This document shows positions 1-12,214 of a DNA stretch of 64,000 bases, piece after piece. Position 1 is the first letter of the stretch. The number at the start of each line of letters is the position of its first letter. The stretch covers positions 77,747,018 to 77,811,017 of the forward strand of contig NC_068988.1 in NCBI RefSeq assembly GCF_001194135.2, in the 5' to 3' direction. The notes below the pieces were generated by a model. The model was given only the letters and a program-made list of their open reading frames with translations, did not search any database and had not been told where the DNA came from. A program made the position numbers and the translations under genes. Source of the stretch: Octopus bimaculoides (Eukaryota).

Positions 1-351
1 TCAACTGGACGGGCCAGAACGAGGTGTGTCTTTGAGGTAAAAATTTCAATTTTTGAACTTGGCATTCAGCTATGGCACCCTCTCCATACACAGCACAAAT
101 GTCGTGAGCAGCTTTTGCANNNNNNNNNNNNNNNNNNNNNNNNNNNNNNNNNNNNNNNNNNNNNNNNNAGAAGGAGGTGTCAATAATACTCGTTTTTCTT
201 AACTTGACATTCCATTTTAATGATCTGAAAATAAACAAAAATTAACTAAAATTAACTAGAAAAAAAAAAGATTCCAAAATGATTCAAAAATAGAATTCCT
301 GAAAAAAATAGATTCCAAAATTTAAAAATGCAATAAATTCAAAAATTCAAA

Positions 352-383
352 AAAACCCCGCAGGAACTTAGTTGCCAACCCAA
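352..383. mobile_element. mariner-type terminal inverted repeat (element end)
   Basis: The reverse complement reads TA-TTGGGTTGGCAACTAAGTTCCTGCGG, resembling mellifera-subfamily mariner TIRs, and abuts TA. The rest of the element is not recognisable. Confidence 0.45.
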
Positions 384-400
384 TATATATGTATATATAC

Positions 401-436
<36 letters not shown>

Positions 437-587
437 GTGTGTGTAAAATATATATATATATATATATATAATACATCTGCTTGTTGTTTACATACCTCAG
501 GAGTGCCTCCGGATTTAAACATCCCCTGGTTGATTGGATACTTCAGACTACCCCTGAAATATTGAAGCAATCCTATCATATACCTAT

Positions 588-619
<32 letters not shown>

Positions 620-699
620 CACTAAAGTGAACAAGGGCACTAATCAGCCTCAGTATTGCTAGAAATGAGAGTCAAAACAACTCAATAGCCAAACGGAAG

Positions 700-1652
700 A
701 TGGAAACATATCACCTGTATCAAAGCATAATAAGCATTCTAAATGCTCTGAAATCATCAGGACATCTGAATTTATCCAGTAAGTTCAACAATCCCAGAAA
801 GTCCATGAGATTAATTGCAAAAGATCTCCATGTGTCAGAAGGAACAGTCAGAAAGATAGAAGTCTTATATGATGAGGAAAGGTCAATTTGTCAGAAAAAG
901 CAAATGAAAATCACTATATCAGATTTAAATGGCTCTTAAACAAACTGAAAAATCTGGCAGAAGAAGATTTGATCTGGTTTTCCTCAAATGAGAAAAATTT
1001 CGATCAAGATCAAAAAGTTAACTGAAGAAATGACAGGTGCTTATGTGCAGACCCTTCTGAAGTTTCAAGTGTTATGCATACAAAATTTCCTGCAACTGTC
1101 ATGGTTTTAGGGGTTATCAGCAATGAAGGATATGTGATGCTGCCTTACTTCTTTCCGCAAGGCCTTAGAGTTAACTTTGCTGCCTACATTGAGGTCCTGG
1201 AAATAATTGTTAAGCTCTGGATAGACGATGTATGCAATGGAAGACCATATGTGTTTCAGTAAAACACTGCACTTTTGCAAATGGCTCTAGTAACACGGGA
1301 CTGGATGGCTGAAAATTTTCATGATCACATAACCCCTAACATTTTGCCTCCTACCTCCCCAGATCTCTAAAATCCATTGGACTATTACATGTGAAGCATT
1401 GTTGAGAGAGAGGTCAATGAAAACACCCATAGCACCACAGATTCTTTGAAAGCTGCCATAGTCAGACTAATGTCCAAAATGAACCAGGACCACTTGACTG
1501 GAGCATGGAGATGACTTAGATCTCATACAGAAGCAGTTGCTGAAGCTGAAAGTAGCTATACTGAATAACATACAAAATAAATTTATTATCTATTATCATA
1601 TATCTGTTCTTTTACAAACATAAATCTGTCCTCAAATATCTTACATACCCTG
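700..1652 (+). pseudogene. Decayed Tc1/mariner-superfamily transposase (maT/DD37D-like)
   Basis: HTH-like NPRKSMRLIAKDLHVSEGTVRKI; KFPATVMVLGVISNEG...GRPYVFQ; downstream LPPTSPDL/PLDYY motif; multiple stops and frameshifts; ends CCCTG-TA at 1648-1654. Confidence 0.8.
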
Positions 1653-2537
1653 TATGTAGANNNNNNNNNNNNNNNNNNNNNNNNNNNNNNNNNNNNNNNN
1701 NNNNNNNNNNNNNNNNNNNNNNNNNNNNNNNNNNNNNNNNNNNNNNNNNNNNNNNNNNNNNNNNNNNNNNNNNNNNNNNNNNNNNNNNNNNNNNNNNNNN
1801 NNNNNNNNNNNNNNNNNNNNNNNNNNNNNNNNNNNNNNNNNNNNNNNNNNNNNNNNNNNNNNNNNNNNNNNNNNNNNNNNNNNNNNNNNNNNNNNNNNNN
1901 NNNNNNNNNNNNNNNNNNNNNNNNNNNNNNNNNNNNNNNNNNNNNNNNNNNNNNNNNNNNNNNNNNNNNNNNNNNNNNNNNNNNNNNNNNNNNNNNNNNN
2001 NNNNNNNNNNNNNNNNNNNNNNNNNNNNNNNNNNNNNNNNNNNNNNNNNNNNNNNNNNNNNNNNNNNNNNNNNNNNNNNNNNNNNNNNNNNNNNNNNNNN
2101 NNNNNNNNNNNNNNNNNNNNNNNNNNNNNNNNNNNNNNNNNNNNNNNNNNNNNNNNNNNNNNNNNNNNNNNNNNNNNNNNNNNNNNNNNNNNNNNNNNNN
2201 NNNNNNNNNNNNNNNNNNNNNNNNNNNNNNNNNNNNNNNNNNNNNNNNNNNNNNNNNNNNNNNNNNNNNNNNNNNNNNNNNNNNNNNNNNNNNNNNNNNN
2301 NNNNNNNNNNNNNNNNNNNNNNNNNNNNNNNNNNNNNNNNNNNNNNNNNNNNNNNNNNNNNNNNNNNNNNNNNNNNNNNNNNNNNNNNNNNNNNNNNNNN
2401 NNNNNNNNNNNNNNNNNNNNNNNNNNNNNNNNNNNNNNCTATGGACAGACCATAGTTAAGTTCCAGGTTCGGTGATTATGCAAATAAAGAGTCCAACGTA
2501 GGTCATATATCAGCATGTGTATATATAAAAAAAAAAA

Positions 2538-3476
2538 TTTTTTCCAAATGAGATAAAAAAAACCAAGGCTGTGAAAATTTTAGAACATTTATGAATAGAA
2601 GGTCTTACAGCTGTTTCCGGGATATTTTTTATTTCCCTTCATCAGAGACGGTGTGAGAAAATGGTTAAGCAATAGTTAATTTAGATAAGATATGAAATAG
2701 AGAGTGAAGTGGAGGAATGAAAATAGATGTGAGATATGCAGAGATATTGCATTTATAGATCCATTATTTAGGTAGAATGGTATACATATAAAATTTCAAT
2801 ACCTTGTGAGTAAATTCTTATAGTATTTAAAATTGGTCATTCCAAGTATAGAGTTTGTACATGGTGTTATTGAATCGAGGGTTTTATTTAAAGTGACTTA
2901 AAAGTTGGGAATGTATTTGTAAGGTCAAATGGAAAACAGGAAGAAAGGAATAAAGAAAAAAAGAAAATGAAAAGAAAAAGAAAAGCAAGGAGAGAGATAA
3001 TAAAGAGATGAAGAGAGGGGAAGTGTACCAGTTAGTGGTCAGTCAAGATGAATTGATAGACGGAATGGTGGGGGTGAGGGTGATAGAGAGAGAAAGATAT
3101 GAGAGTATAAAAAGATGATAGGGTAAAGAGTAAAGTGGTGTCAGATAAAGGAAGGGGGGTTACACAGAGAGAGAAGTATAATAGTGTAAAAAAAAAAAGG
3201 AGTGTCAGGTATGTAGTGATAGAGTCTAAGTGATGGGGCAGAAAGAGGTGGTAGGGGTAGTAATATGGTGGAATGAAGAATTTTGGAATATAGATTAGGT
3301 TGGTTGGACAAGTCAGTGCTTAGTAGTAGAAGAAAATATATATGTGAAGATGTATACAGATGTAAATATTAAACATGTATATATATATTTATACAGATAT
3401 TTACAGCTGTAAGACCTATTTATAAATGTTCTAAAATCTTCACAGCCTTAGTTTTTTTTATCTCATTCTGAAAAAA
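2538..3476 (-). mobile_element. Penelope-like 3' fragment flanked by ~75-bp inverted arms
   Basis: 2538-2614 is the reverse complement of 3403-3476. It contains an HHR motif and purine-rich filler like other PLE remnants in the window. Confidence 0.55.
2602..2649 (-). ncRNA. Minimal type I hammerhead ribozyme motif (PLE-type)
   Basis: Minus strand: GTCT-CTGATGA-A-GGGA..TCCC-G-GAAA-CAGCTG-TA-AGAC. Stem I is GTCT/AGAC, stem III is palindromic ACAGCTGT, and there is an A.G mismatch at the base of stem II. Confidence 0.7.
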
Positions 3477-3510
3477 CACAAATATAAATACATTACACAT
3501 ATATATACAT

Positions 3511-3555
<45 letters not shown>

Positions 3556-3619
3556 TAAGCATGCTCTGGAAGTGAGCAAGGCCCATTTTACTATGCAATG
3601 TAAGTGTGCATGAATATCA

Positions 3620-3880
3620 TGGTATATATGTGCTGAGAGAAAACTGGACAGAAGGGTATTCAGAAGTAGTGTGCAAGAAAGAAGACTGCACTTGTATAGT
3701 CACATAAGGCACATGGATAAGGATAGCTATCTAAAGATATGTCTACTGACAAATGTAGAGGACAAAGACACATGGGATGATGTAGTGAAAGCAGACCTCA
3801 TGAACTTGAATTTCATGAAGATACAAAAAATTGGGATGTTTAGTGATGGATGATCCTTGAGAAGACATGCTCAATGCAGC
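3620..3880 (+). mobile_element. RTE-clade LINE, C-terminal fragment
   Basis: QERRLHLYSHIRHMDKDSYLK...TWDDVVKADL matches the RTE C-terminus seen at 49670-49890. Confidence 0.7.
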
Positions 3881-4223
3881 ACAACTGACATCTGGATGTG
3901 CTGTGGATGTACCTATTACATATGTTCACAAATGGACACCTCATCCATCTCTTTATACCCACATTTCTGCCCCTGCAGCCAATTACCCTCCTGATACCAC
4001 ATTTTCTTATTCATTAATAGTCTCCACACCCACTTCTTACATAGATCTCCTCTCTTATCACACTGCACCACTGAATTCTGTCTTCACATACTACACCTGA
4101 CTTTCTCTCTCTCTCTTGCCCTTCACCTGTCACCTGTATCATCATTACTATGCTGTTACTTTCTTCTTACATCTCTCTACTCCTTCACTCCAGGTATCAC
4201 TGGTAATCTTTAAAAAGCATTTC

Positions 4224-4358
4224 ATTTGGCCTCATACAACTTAAAGTTTTATAAGTTCATTAAAGAAACCTAGCTCATTGGGCTCATGTGGCCATCTGAA
4301 CCCAAAGAGCTAGGTTCCTTTAATGAGCCCACAGAACTTTAAGTTGCATAGACCAAAT
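4224..4358. repeat. Imperfect inverted repeat / MITE-like hairpin
   Basis: ~60-bp arms (e.g. CAACTTAAAGTT/AACTTTAAGTTG, GAAACCTAGCTC/GAGCTAGGTTCC) around a 10-nt loop. Confidence 0.6.
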
Positions 4359-4459
4359 CAAACCTTCTTGAAATAATAATATATGTAACTCCTACTAAAT
4401 GTATTGAGTGCCTTTTTCTTTTGTTTGTTCGCTCATTTGTGTAACCATATATCTTTTAT

Positions 4460-4812
4460 TTTTTTTACTTATTTCATTCATTAGACTGGAACCATGCAGG
4501 GGCACCACCTTGAAGAATTTTATTCAAATGAATCAACCCCAATCCTTATTTTTCAAAGTACTGGCACTAATTATATCAGATCCTTTTACCAAACTGCTAA
4601 GTTACAGGAACATAAACTCATTAATTGTCAAGCAGGTGGGGGACAAACAAAGAGACACACACATATATGATGGGCTTCTTTCAGTTTCCATCTACCAGAT
4701 CCACTCTCAAAGCTTTGGTAGGCCCAAGGCTATAGCAGAAGACACTTGCCCGGTGTGTCTTACTGTGAGATTTAACCCAGAACCATGTGGTTGGGAAACA
4801 AACTTCTTACCA
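4460..4812 (-). mobile_element. tRNA-derived CORE-like SINE (family 1)
   Basis: Same head (GGGCTTCTTTCAGTTTCC...GGCTATAGTAGAAGACACTTGCCC) and tail as the copies at 9362, 48610 and 59995. Confidence 0.8.
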
Positions 4813-5569
4813 CATACACACGCACACATATACACACCTTCATCATTATTTCATATTTCTTTTCCAGGTTTCAAAAGTGATGATGATTGTGTTGATGCTG
4901 GTGGTAGTGGTAGTGGTCAGATGATGATGGTGGTGGAATTAGTGGTTCCACATAGTTCTAGTGTTTCAATTTTGGCATGATGTCTACAGTTAGATGCTCT
5001 TCTTAATACCAACCTCCTTGCAGAGAGTACTTAATTCATTTCCAAGGCAACAGTACTTGTGTGGTCACCATGCAACCTGGCAAGCAAAAGAGCCTCCTGG
5101 ACTGCATGGAAGTATAGTAGAAAGGGAAGTAACAAGAGTTACATAGAAGTAAATGTAGTGAGTGACAAAGGTGTGATAGGTTGATGGTTGATTTGATATA
5201 CATATATATATCACATCCAGTATTACCAACAATAGCAGCCACATCACCATCGGCAATGGTAGCAGCAATATTACAGCCGGGGATGATTACTACAGCAACA
5301 ACAGCCACAGCGATATCACCAGATCCACACCTCATAATAACAGCATTGACAGCAGCTATAGTAACAGCAGTTGCAAATACATATCCAGGTCTGGAGCCAA
5401 TGGAAGATGCACCAGAAATGGGAACACAGCCAACACTCAAGTCTGGAAACATATCAGGTCAGCCAGAACTGCCTTCAAGTGGCACCTATACAACCACAGG
5501 TCCTCTTTTCGGATTCCGGTAAGATGATTCATCACATCCCTAGCATGTCACATGTGGTGCATCAAAGAT

Positions 5570-5750
5570 GAAGAACAATATCAAGTGGAGGATCATAGAG
5601 CAATCAGGATCCTATACTAATAGGAGCACATGCTGCAAGATTTGCATAGCTGAGTGAGCAAGGATCCTCAAAGACTCACTGAAATTAGGATTATTGAATT
5701 CCCTGCAAGAAACTGAAAGTTACTGCATCCACTTCAAATGCTACATGCTG
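5570..5750 (+). pseudogene. Penelope-like GIY-YIG C-terminal remnant
   Basis: Translates NNIKWRIIEQSGSYTNRSTCCKICIAE, resembling the IKW..Y....C.LC..EK segment of PLE endonucleases; degenerate. Confidence 0.45.
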
Positions 5751-7417
5751 AAAGCATGGAATTCCTCATTCATCGATTAGATCTGCAAAGGTTCTTACAA
5801 GGTAAAAACAACCTAAGGGTGGAGTTCCCCATTTTGACCTATATACACTGGTCTAATGATGATAACCTGTCCTCGCCAACCCATATTGTTTATTCTTTGT
5901 TTACTTACTAACTGACTGTAATGGATTTCTACCTTTGAGGTTTGAAGAACTATATGGCTGCAGACTCTGAATAGTTGTCCATGGATGCAAAAACATTGGT
6001 CATTCTATGACTGAACACAGACTTAACTGCATATAAATATATTACTGTTCTATGCTTTAGAGTGTGTTTCTTTTTCACATATATGATACATTATATATAT
6101 ATATACATAGATAGATAGATGATAGATACATAGACAGACAGTCATGCAGATAAACAGCAGTATAATTATGTTTATATACATATATGNNNNNNNNNNNNNN
6201 NNNNNNNNNNNNNNNNNNNNNNNNNNNNNNNNNNNNNNNNNNNNNNNNNNNNNNNNNNNNNNNNNNNNNNNNNNNNNNNNNNNNNNNNNNNNNNNNNNNN
6301 NNNNNNNNNNNNNNNNNNNNNNNNNNNNNNNNNNNNNNNNNNNNNNNNNNNNNNNNNNNNNNNNNNNNNNNNNNNNNNNNNNNNNNNNNNNNNNNNNNNN
6401 NNNNNNNNNNNNNNNNNNNNNNNNNNNNNNNNNNNNNNNNNNNNNNNNNNNNNNNNNNNNNNNNNNNNNNNNNNNNNNNNNNNNNNNNNNNNNNNNNNNN
6501 NNNNNNNNNNNNNNNNNNNNNNNNNNNNNNNNNNNNNNNNNNNNNNNNNNNNNNNNNNNNNNNNNNNNNNNNNNNNNNNNNNNNNNNNNNNNNNNNNNNN
6601 NNNNNNNNNNNNNNNNNNNNNNNNNNNNNNNNNNNNNNNNNNNNNNNNNNNNNNNNNNNNNNNNNNNNNNNNNNNNNNNNNNNNNNNNNNNNNNNNNNNN
6701 NNNNNNNNNNNNNNNNNNNNNNNNNNNNNNNNNNNNNNNNNNNNNNNNNNNNNNNNNNNNNNNNNNNNNNNNNNNNNNNNNNNNNNNNNNNNNNNNNNNN
6801 NNNNNNNNNNNNNNNNNNNNNNNNNNNNNNNNNNNNNNNNNNNNNNNNNNNNNNNNNNNNNNNNNNNNNNNNNNNNNNNNNNNNNNNNNNNNNNNNNNNN
6901 NNNNNNNNNNNNNNNNNNNNNNNNNNNNNNNNNNNNNNNNNNNNNNNNNNNNNNNNNNNNNNNNNNNNNNNNNNNNNNNNNNNNNNNNNNNNNNNNNNNN
7001 NNNNNNNNNNNNNNNNNNNNNNNNNNNNNNNNNNNNNNNNNNNNNNNNATATATATATATATATATATATAATGGAATGAGAGAGAGAAGAGAATTAGTA
7101 TAAACTATCATACAGACAATGATTTCTATAGCTATAAATCTATAAAACAACAACATGAAAGCTGCCAAAAATAGAAATAGAATGAAATATTCAGAGAAAT
7201 GACACGATAGGAACTTGATTAGCAAAACATTGCAGAATCTATGGAGATCTGAATTGGTGATGTACACATACAAATACACATACATACATGTGAACATCAT
7301 ATATATATGTGCGTGTGTGAGTGTGTGTGTGTCTATGTATGTATATATACACATATATATGCGTGTGTGTGTGTGTGTATATATGTATATATATATGCAT
7401 ATCTATGTATATTCTTT

Positions 7418-7620
7418 TATTCTTTTACTTGTAACAGTCAATTGACTGTGGGCATGCTGGAGTACTGCCTTTTAGTCGAAGAAATCAACCCCTGGACTTA
7501 ATCTTTGTAAGCCTGGTACTTAATCTATTGATCTCTTCTACCAAACCTACAGGGATGTAGGCACACCAACATCGGTTGTCAAGCAATGATGGAGGGGGCA
7601 AACACAGACATAAACCACAC
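7418..7620 (-). mobile_element. SINE family 1 tail (head probably in gap)
   Basis: TTTTACTTGT..CAGTCA..GACTGTGGGCATGCTGGAG...GGTTGTCAAGC. Confidence 0.75.
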
Positions 7621-7679
7621 ACATAAATATATACATACATACATATATATATATCATCATCATCATCATCATCGTCGTT

Positions 7680-7722
<43 letters not shown>

Positions 7723-8620
7723 NNNNNNNNNNNNNNNNNNNNNNNNNNNNNNNNNNNNNNNNNNNNNNNNNNNNNNNNNNNNNNNNNNNNNNNNNNNNNN
7801 NNNNNNNNNNNNNNNNNNNNNNNNNNNNNNNNNNNNNNNNNNNNNNNNNNNNNNNNNNNNNNNNNNNNNNNNNNNNNNNNNNNNNNNNNNNNNNNNNNNN
7901 NNNNNNNNNNNNNNNNNNNNNNNNNNNNNNNNNNNNNNNNNNNNNNNNNNNNNNNNNNNNNNNNNNNNNNNNNNNNNNNNNNNNNNNNNNNNNNNNNNNN
8001 NNNNNNNNNNNNNNNNNNNNNNNNNNNNNNNNNNNNNNNNNNNNNNNNNNNNNNNNNNNNNNNNNNNNNNNNNNNNNNNNNNNNNNNNNNNNNNNNNNNN
8101 NNNNNNNNNNNNNNNNNNNNNNNNNNNNNNNNNNNNNNNNNNNNNNNNNNNNNNNNNNNNNNNNNNNNNNNNNNNNNNNNNNNNNNNNNNNNNNNNNNNN
8201 NNNNNNNNNNNNNNNNNNNNNNNNNNNNNNNNNNNNNNNNNNNNNNNNNNNNNNNNNNNNNNNNNNNNNNNNNNNNNNNNNNNNNNNNNNNNNNNNNNNN
8301 NNNNNNNNNNNNNNNNNNNNNNNNNNNNNNNNNNNNNNNNNNNNNNNNNNNNNNNNNNNNNNNNNNNNNNNNNNNNNNNNNNNNNNNNNNNNNNNNNNNN
8401 NNNNNNNNNNNNNNNNNNNNNNNNNNNNNNNNNNNNNNNNNNNNNNNNNNNNNNNNNNNNNNNNNNNNNNNNNNNNNNNNNNNNNNNNNNNNNNNNNNNN
8501 NNNNNNNNNNNNNNNNNNNNNNNNNNNNNNNNNNNNNNNNNNNNNNNNNNNNNNNNNNNNNNNNNNNNNNNNNNNNNNNNNNNNNNNNNNNNNGATAGAT
8601 AGATAGATAGATAGATATAT

Positions 8621-8747
8621 GAAGAGCGTAGCTCGAAACGTTAAAGACTTTCTCTATTCCCGAGCGTTAAACTAATACATCCATTTGTTGTTTACATCAC
8701 CTGTCCTCGTCTGTTTTTTTTTTTCGTAAATTCTCCCATATATATAT
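8621..8747 (+). mobile_element. PLE-type terminal segment with partial HHR-like motif
   Basis: GAAGAGCGTAGCTCGAAACGTTAAAGACT; homologous to the minus-strand terminus of the PLE at 12215-12340. Confidence 0.5.
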
Positions 8748-9176
8748 ATATGCTGATGGTCATTTGTAGTAATGATGGTTGATAACTGTGGTAGCAATGT
8801 AGAGGATGATGATGATGAATGAGAGTGTTAGTGTTGGTGATGTTGGTGGTGATTACAGTGTTGTTGTTGACTGGTAACATCAATACAGTTATGATTGTGT
8901 AGGTTGAGATTTGCTGGCTAATCTGGGCAGTAAGAGGCCACCAGTGGGTTACAGTTACAGGGAAGAATGACTGGTCGGTACATGAACTTTTTATTATATC
9001 AATGCCAGCTATCTCTTCCCTGGTGTGACAGTGTAATCAATAGAGAGGGTGAACTTACATGGCTTCAATAAATACCACATATGCAAATGAGTTGTGATTA
9101 TTGTTGATCACCTAATCTATAAGAAATAACAGCTACATTTCCCACAATTCTCATAGCACAGTACAATTGTGTAAAA

Positions 9177-9852
9177 GTGAGGTTCTCAACCATTTTTACC
9201 TACAAACCCCTTTGATTCCTATTTTCCTTGCCTGGACCCTCATACCCATTCGATGTTTAAAAAAATCCTATTATATTTTCATATTAAATATTATTAGGAA
9301 TTGTACAACAGAATTCTTAAAATATTTCATGTATTGTTGAACCATAATCAATTAATTCTTTTATCCTTTTACTTGTTTCTGTCATTAGACTGTGGTCATA
9401 CTGGAGCACCACCTTAAAAAGTTTTTTAGCTGAAGAAATCAGCCACAGGACTTATTCTTTGTAAACCTGGTACTTATTTTATCAGACCCTTTTGCTGAAC
9501 CGCTATGTTACAGGTATGTAAATACATCAACATCAGTTGTCAAGTGATGGTGGGGGAATAAACACAGACATAAAGACACACACATATAAATATATATATA
9601 CATACATATATATATATATATACGATGGGCTTCTTTCAGTTTCCATCAGCCAAATCCACTCACAAGGCTTTGGTCAGCCTGAGGCTAGAGTAGAAGACAC
9701 TTTCCCGAGGTGCCACACAGTGGAACGAAATCCAGAACCACGTAGTTAGGAAGCAAGCTTCTTACCACACAACCATACCTACACATAAATGTTAACAACA
9801 AAATCTTATATGGACCCTCAAGGGTCATATGAATCCCAGTTGAGAACCACTG
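9177..9852. mobile_element. hAT-type MITE with 8-bp TSD and nested SINE
   Basis: TIR core GGTTCTCAAC / GTTGAGAACCACTG; identical flanking 8-mer GTGTAAAA at 9169-9176 and 9853-9860. Another right end of this family lies at ~34070-34124. Confidence 0.75.
9362..9785 (-). mobile_element. SINE family 1, full length, nested in the MITE
   Basis: Tail, internal (AT/AC)n and tRNA-like head all present. Confidence 0.8.
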
Positions 9853-9982
9853 GTGTAAAAGAAGAAATTGTCAATGCTGGAGCAACTTTTGATATTAGAA
9901 CTTCTTGGTAAAGGTTAACCCAGGGCAAAACAACAACAGCAGTAGTTTCCATGGAGATTCTGATATCTTGTATATGTCTTTT

Positions 9983-10530
9983 ATCTTTTACTTGTTTCGG
10001 TTATTGGATTGCAGCCATGCTGGAGCACTGCCGTGAAGGATTGTAGTTGAACAAATTGACCCCAGGATTTATTTATTTTAAGCCTAGTACTTATTCAATC
10101 ATCTTTTTTGCTGAACTGCTAGATTACAGTGATGTAAACACACCAACACCAGTTGTGAAGTGGTGGTGGAGGACAAACACACACACAGACATATTTAGAG
10201 GAAAGATTTAATATCCATGCAGATACTGAAATTCTTTATGTTAAATGCCAAGGCTGGTTCTTTCAGACATTGCATTTTATGGTAAACTTCCTTTAACTCT
10301 TATAACTCACCGTCTGAAGGAACCAGCTTTGATACTTTACATATATATGTGTGTATGTGTGTGTGTGACAGGCTTCTCTCAGTTTCCATCTACCAAATTT
10401 ACTCACAAGGCTTTGGTTGGTCTGAGACTATAGTAGAAGGCACTTGCCCAAGGTGCCATGTGGTGGGACTGAATCTGGTACCATGTCGTTTGGAAACAAA
10501 CTTCTTATCACACAGCCATGCCTGCACTTA
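9983..10530 (-). mobile_element. SINE family 1 with ~170-bp insertion in its internal microsatellite
   Basis: Tail 9983-10190; head 10365-10530. Confidence 0.7.
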
Positions 10531-11477
10531 TATTTCAAAATGCTGCAGCATTGTTGTTGCAACACCCATTTGAAGTTTGATTCTTTGTGTAACACAACAC
10601 TTCACAACACTATACCCCAGCACACAATACAAACTACACTTCACTCCTCTGTATTAAACTTACTCTCCATTCTGTTACACACCACTTCTATAAAATGGGA
10701 ATTGCTACAAATAATATAAAACACCACAATTTCTTTTCTCATGGCTGTCAACACTTAATATTACAGTTATATGTAAGTTATATGTAAAACAATAACAACA
10801 GCCATACAAACAGTAACATAACATGTTAGCACTGACAGCTGTAGTCATAGTAGCTGCACTACCAATGCCACCACCATCAGTATCACAACAATCAGCAACA
10901 GCAGCAGCAGTTGTAGCCTGTTCAATGGCAATAATAACATACATCTATAATATATTTAGGTGAAGAAATAAATTATTTGAGTGTAAATATTCATAAATAT
11001 GCATACACTCACACATACATACACACATGCTCTCTCTCTTTCTCTCTCTCTCTCTCTCCCATAGAAACACATACATTACATTTATACAATATAAAGTGCA
11101 GAAGCAGCAGCAGCAAAAGAAGAAGGAAAATGAGGAAAAGGAAGAGCAGAAAAAAAGAAGAAGAATTGAAAAGGTACTCTTTTAATGTTTAATATGTTTA
11201 TGTGGTTAAGCAGGTTTTTTCATAATCCCATGCCATTGCGTTCCACTTCACTGCACAAAGACTTGGGTTGACCTAAAGATTTGTGAGTGACAAGAAATAA
11301 CATGAGAGTCAAGTAGGGGTACTCTCTTGTTTTGGAGTGGTGCAATTAATATGGTACCCAGTTTAGCACCAATTTTGCCCTATATATATTTTGTCTTTGG
11401 ATACCTCTAGTGAAGTTCACCTTAATTTCCCTTAATTTAATGTCAGCATTTGGCCCTTAAATGGTGGTATGTGGCAT

Positions 11478-11710
11478 ATGGCTAGGGAGTTGCACACATG
11501 ATCATAACATTGTGGTTTTGATTCCTGGACCAGGTGATGCACTGTGCTCTTAAGAAAAACACTTCATTTTATGTTGCTCCAGTCCACTTAGCTGGCAAGA
11601 GTGAGTAATCTTGTAATGGATTGGCATCTCATCCAGGGGCGGGAGAAATACATATGCCACAGAATCTGAAAAACAAGGCTTATAACACTAGGGCTTGAAA
11701 AGGACTTTTG
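11478..11710 (+). mobile_element. tRNA-derived SINE (family 2), decayed
   Basis: tRNA-like head, GTGCTCTTAAGAAAAACACTT core and GATGGATTGGCATCTCATCCAGGGG; head related to 40395-40620 and 62680-63000. Confidence 0.55.
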
Positions 11711-11857
11711 ATCCTTTTCGTCTTTTAGATTTGGTCCTCAGACACCTTAAGAGTTTGCTCTGTTGCTGCCTATTTGGCCCATGGCTATGAGTAATAGTCT
11801 CTGCTCTGCTGGGATTATACAGGCAACATCACTGGCTTTTCTCCCATTGTCTTAGAG

Positions 11858-12030
11858 CATCGCTTGACAACTGGTGTTGGTTTGTTTATGTCCCTGTAAC
11901 TTAGCGGTTCAGTAAAAGGACCAACAGGATAAGTACTAGGCTTACAAAGAATAAGTCCTGGGGTCAACTTGTTTGACTAAAGGTGGTGCTCCAGCATGGC
12001 CGCAGTCAAATGACTGAAACAGATAAAAGA
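11858..12030 (+). mobile_element. SINE family 1 tail
   Basis: GCTTGACAACTGGTGTTGG...CCAGCATGGCCGCAGTCAAATGACTGAAAC. Confidence 0.75.
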
Positions 12031-12063
12031 ATATATATGTATATGTATTATATATATATGTAT

Positions 12064-12184
<121 letters not shown>

Positions 12185-12214
12185 GTATATTTATATATAT
12201 ATATATATACAATT

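Noticed and set aside
5181-5522. 113-aa Thr/Ala-rich ORF ending near a GTAAG donor-like site, as a possible host exon
   Set aside because: Low-complexity (ACA/GCA-rich) sequence that is open in several frames, begins in a microsatellite and runs into a PLE remnant; no recognisable domain.
6050-8606. Long ORFs of 300-430 aa in the ORF track (also at 16915, 30073, 32865, 36386, 58422)
   Set aside because: They are runs of N translated as X, i.e. assembly gaps.
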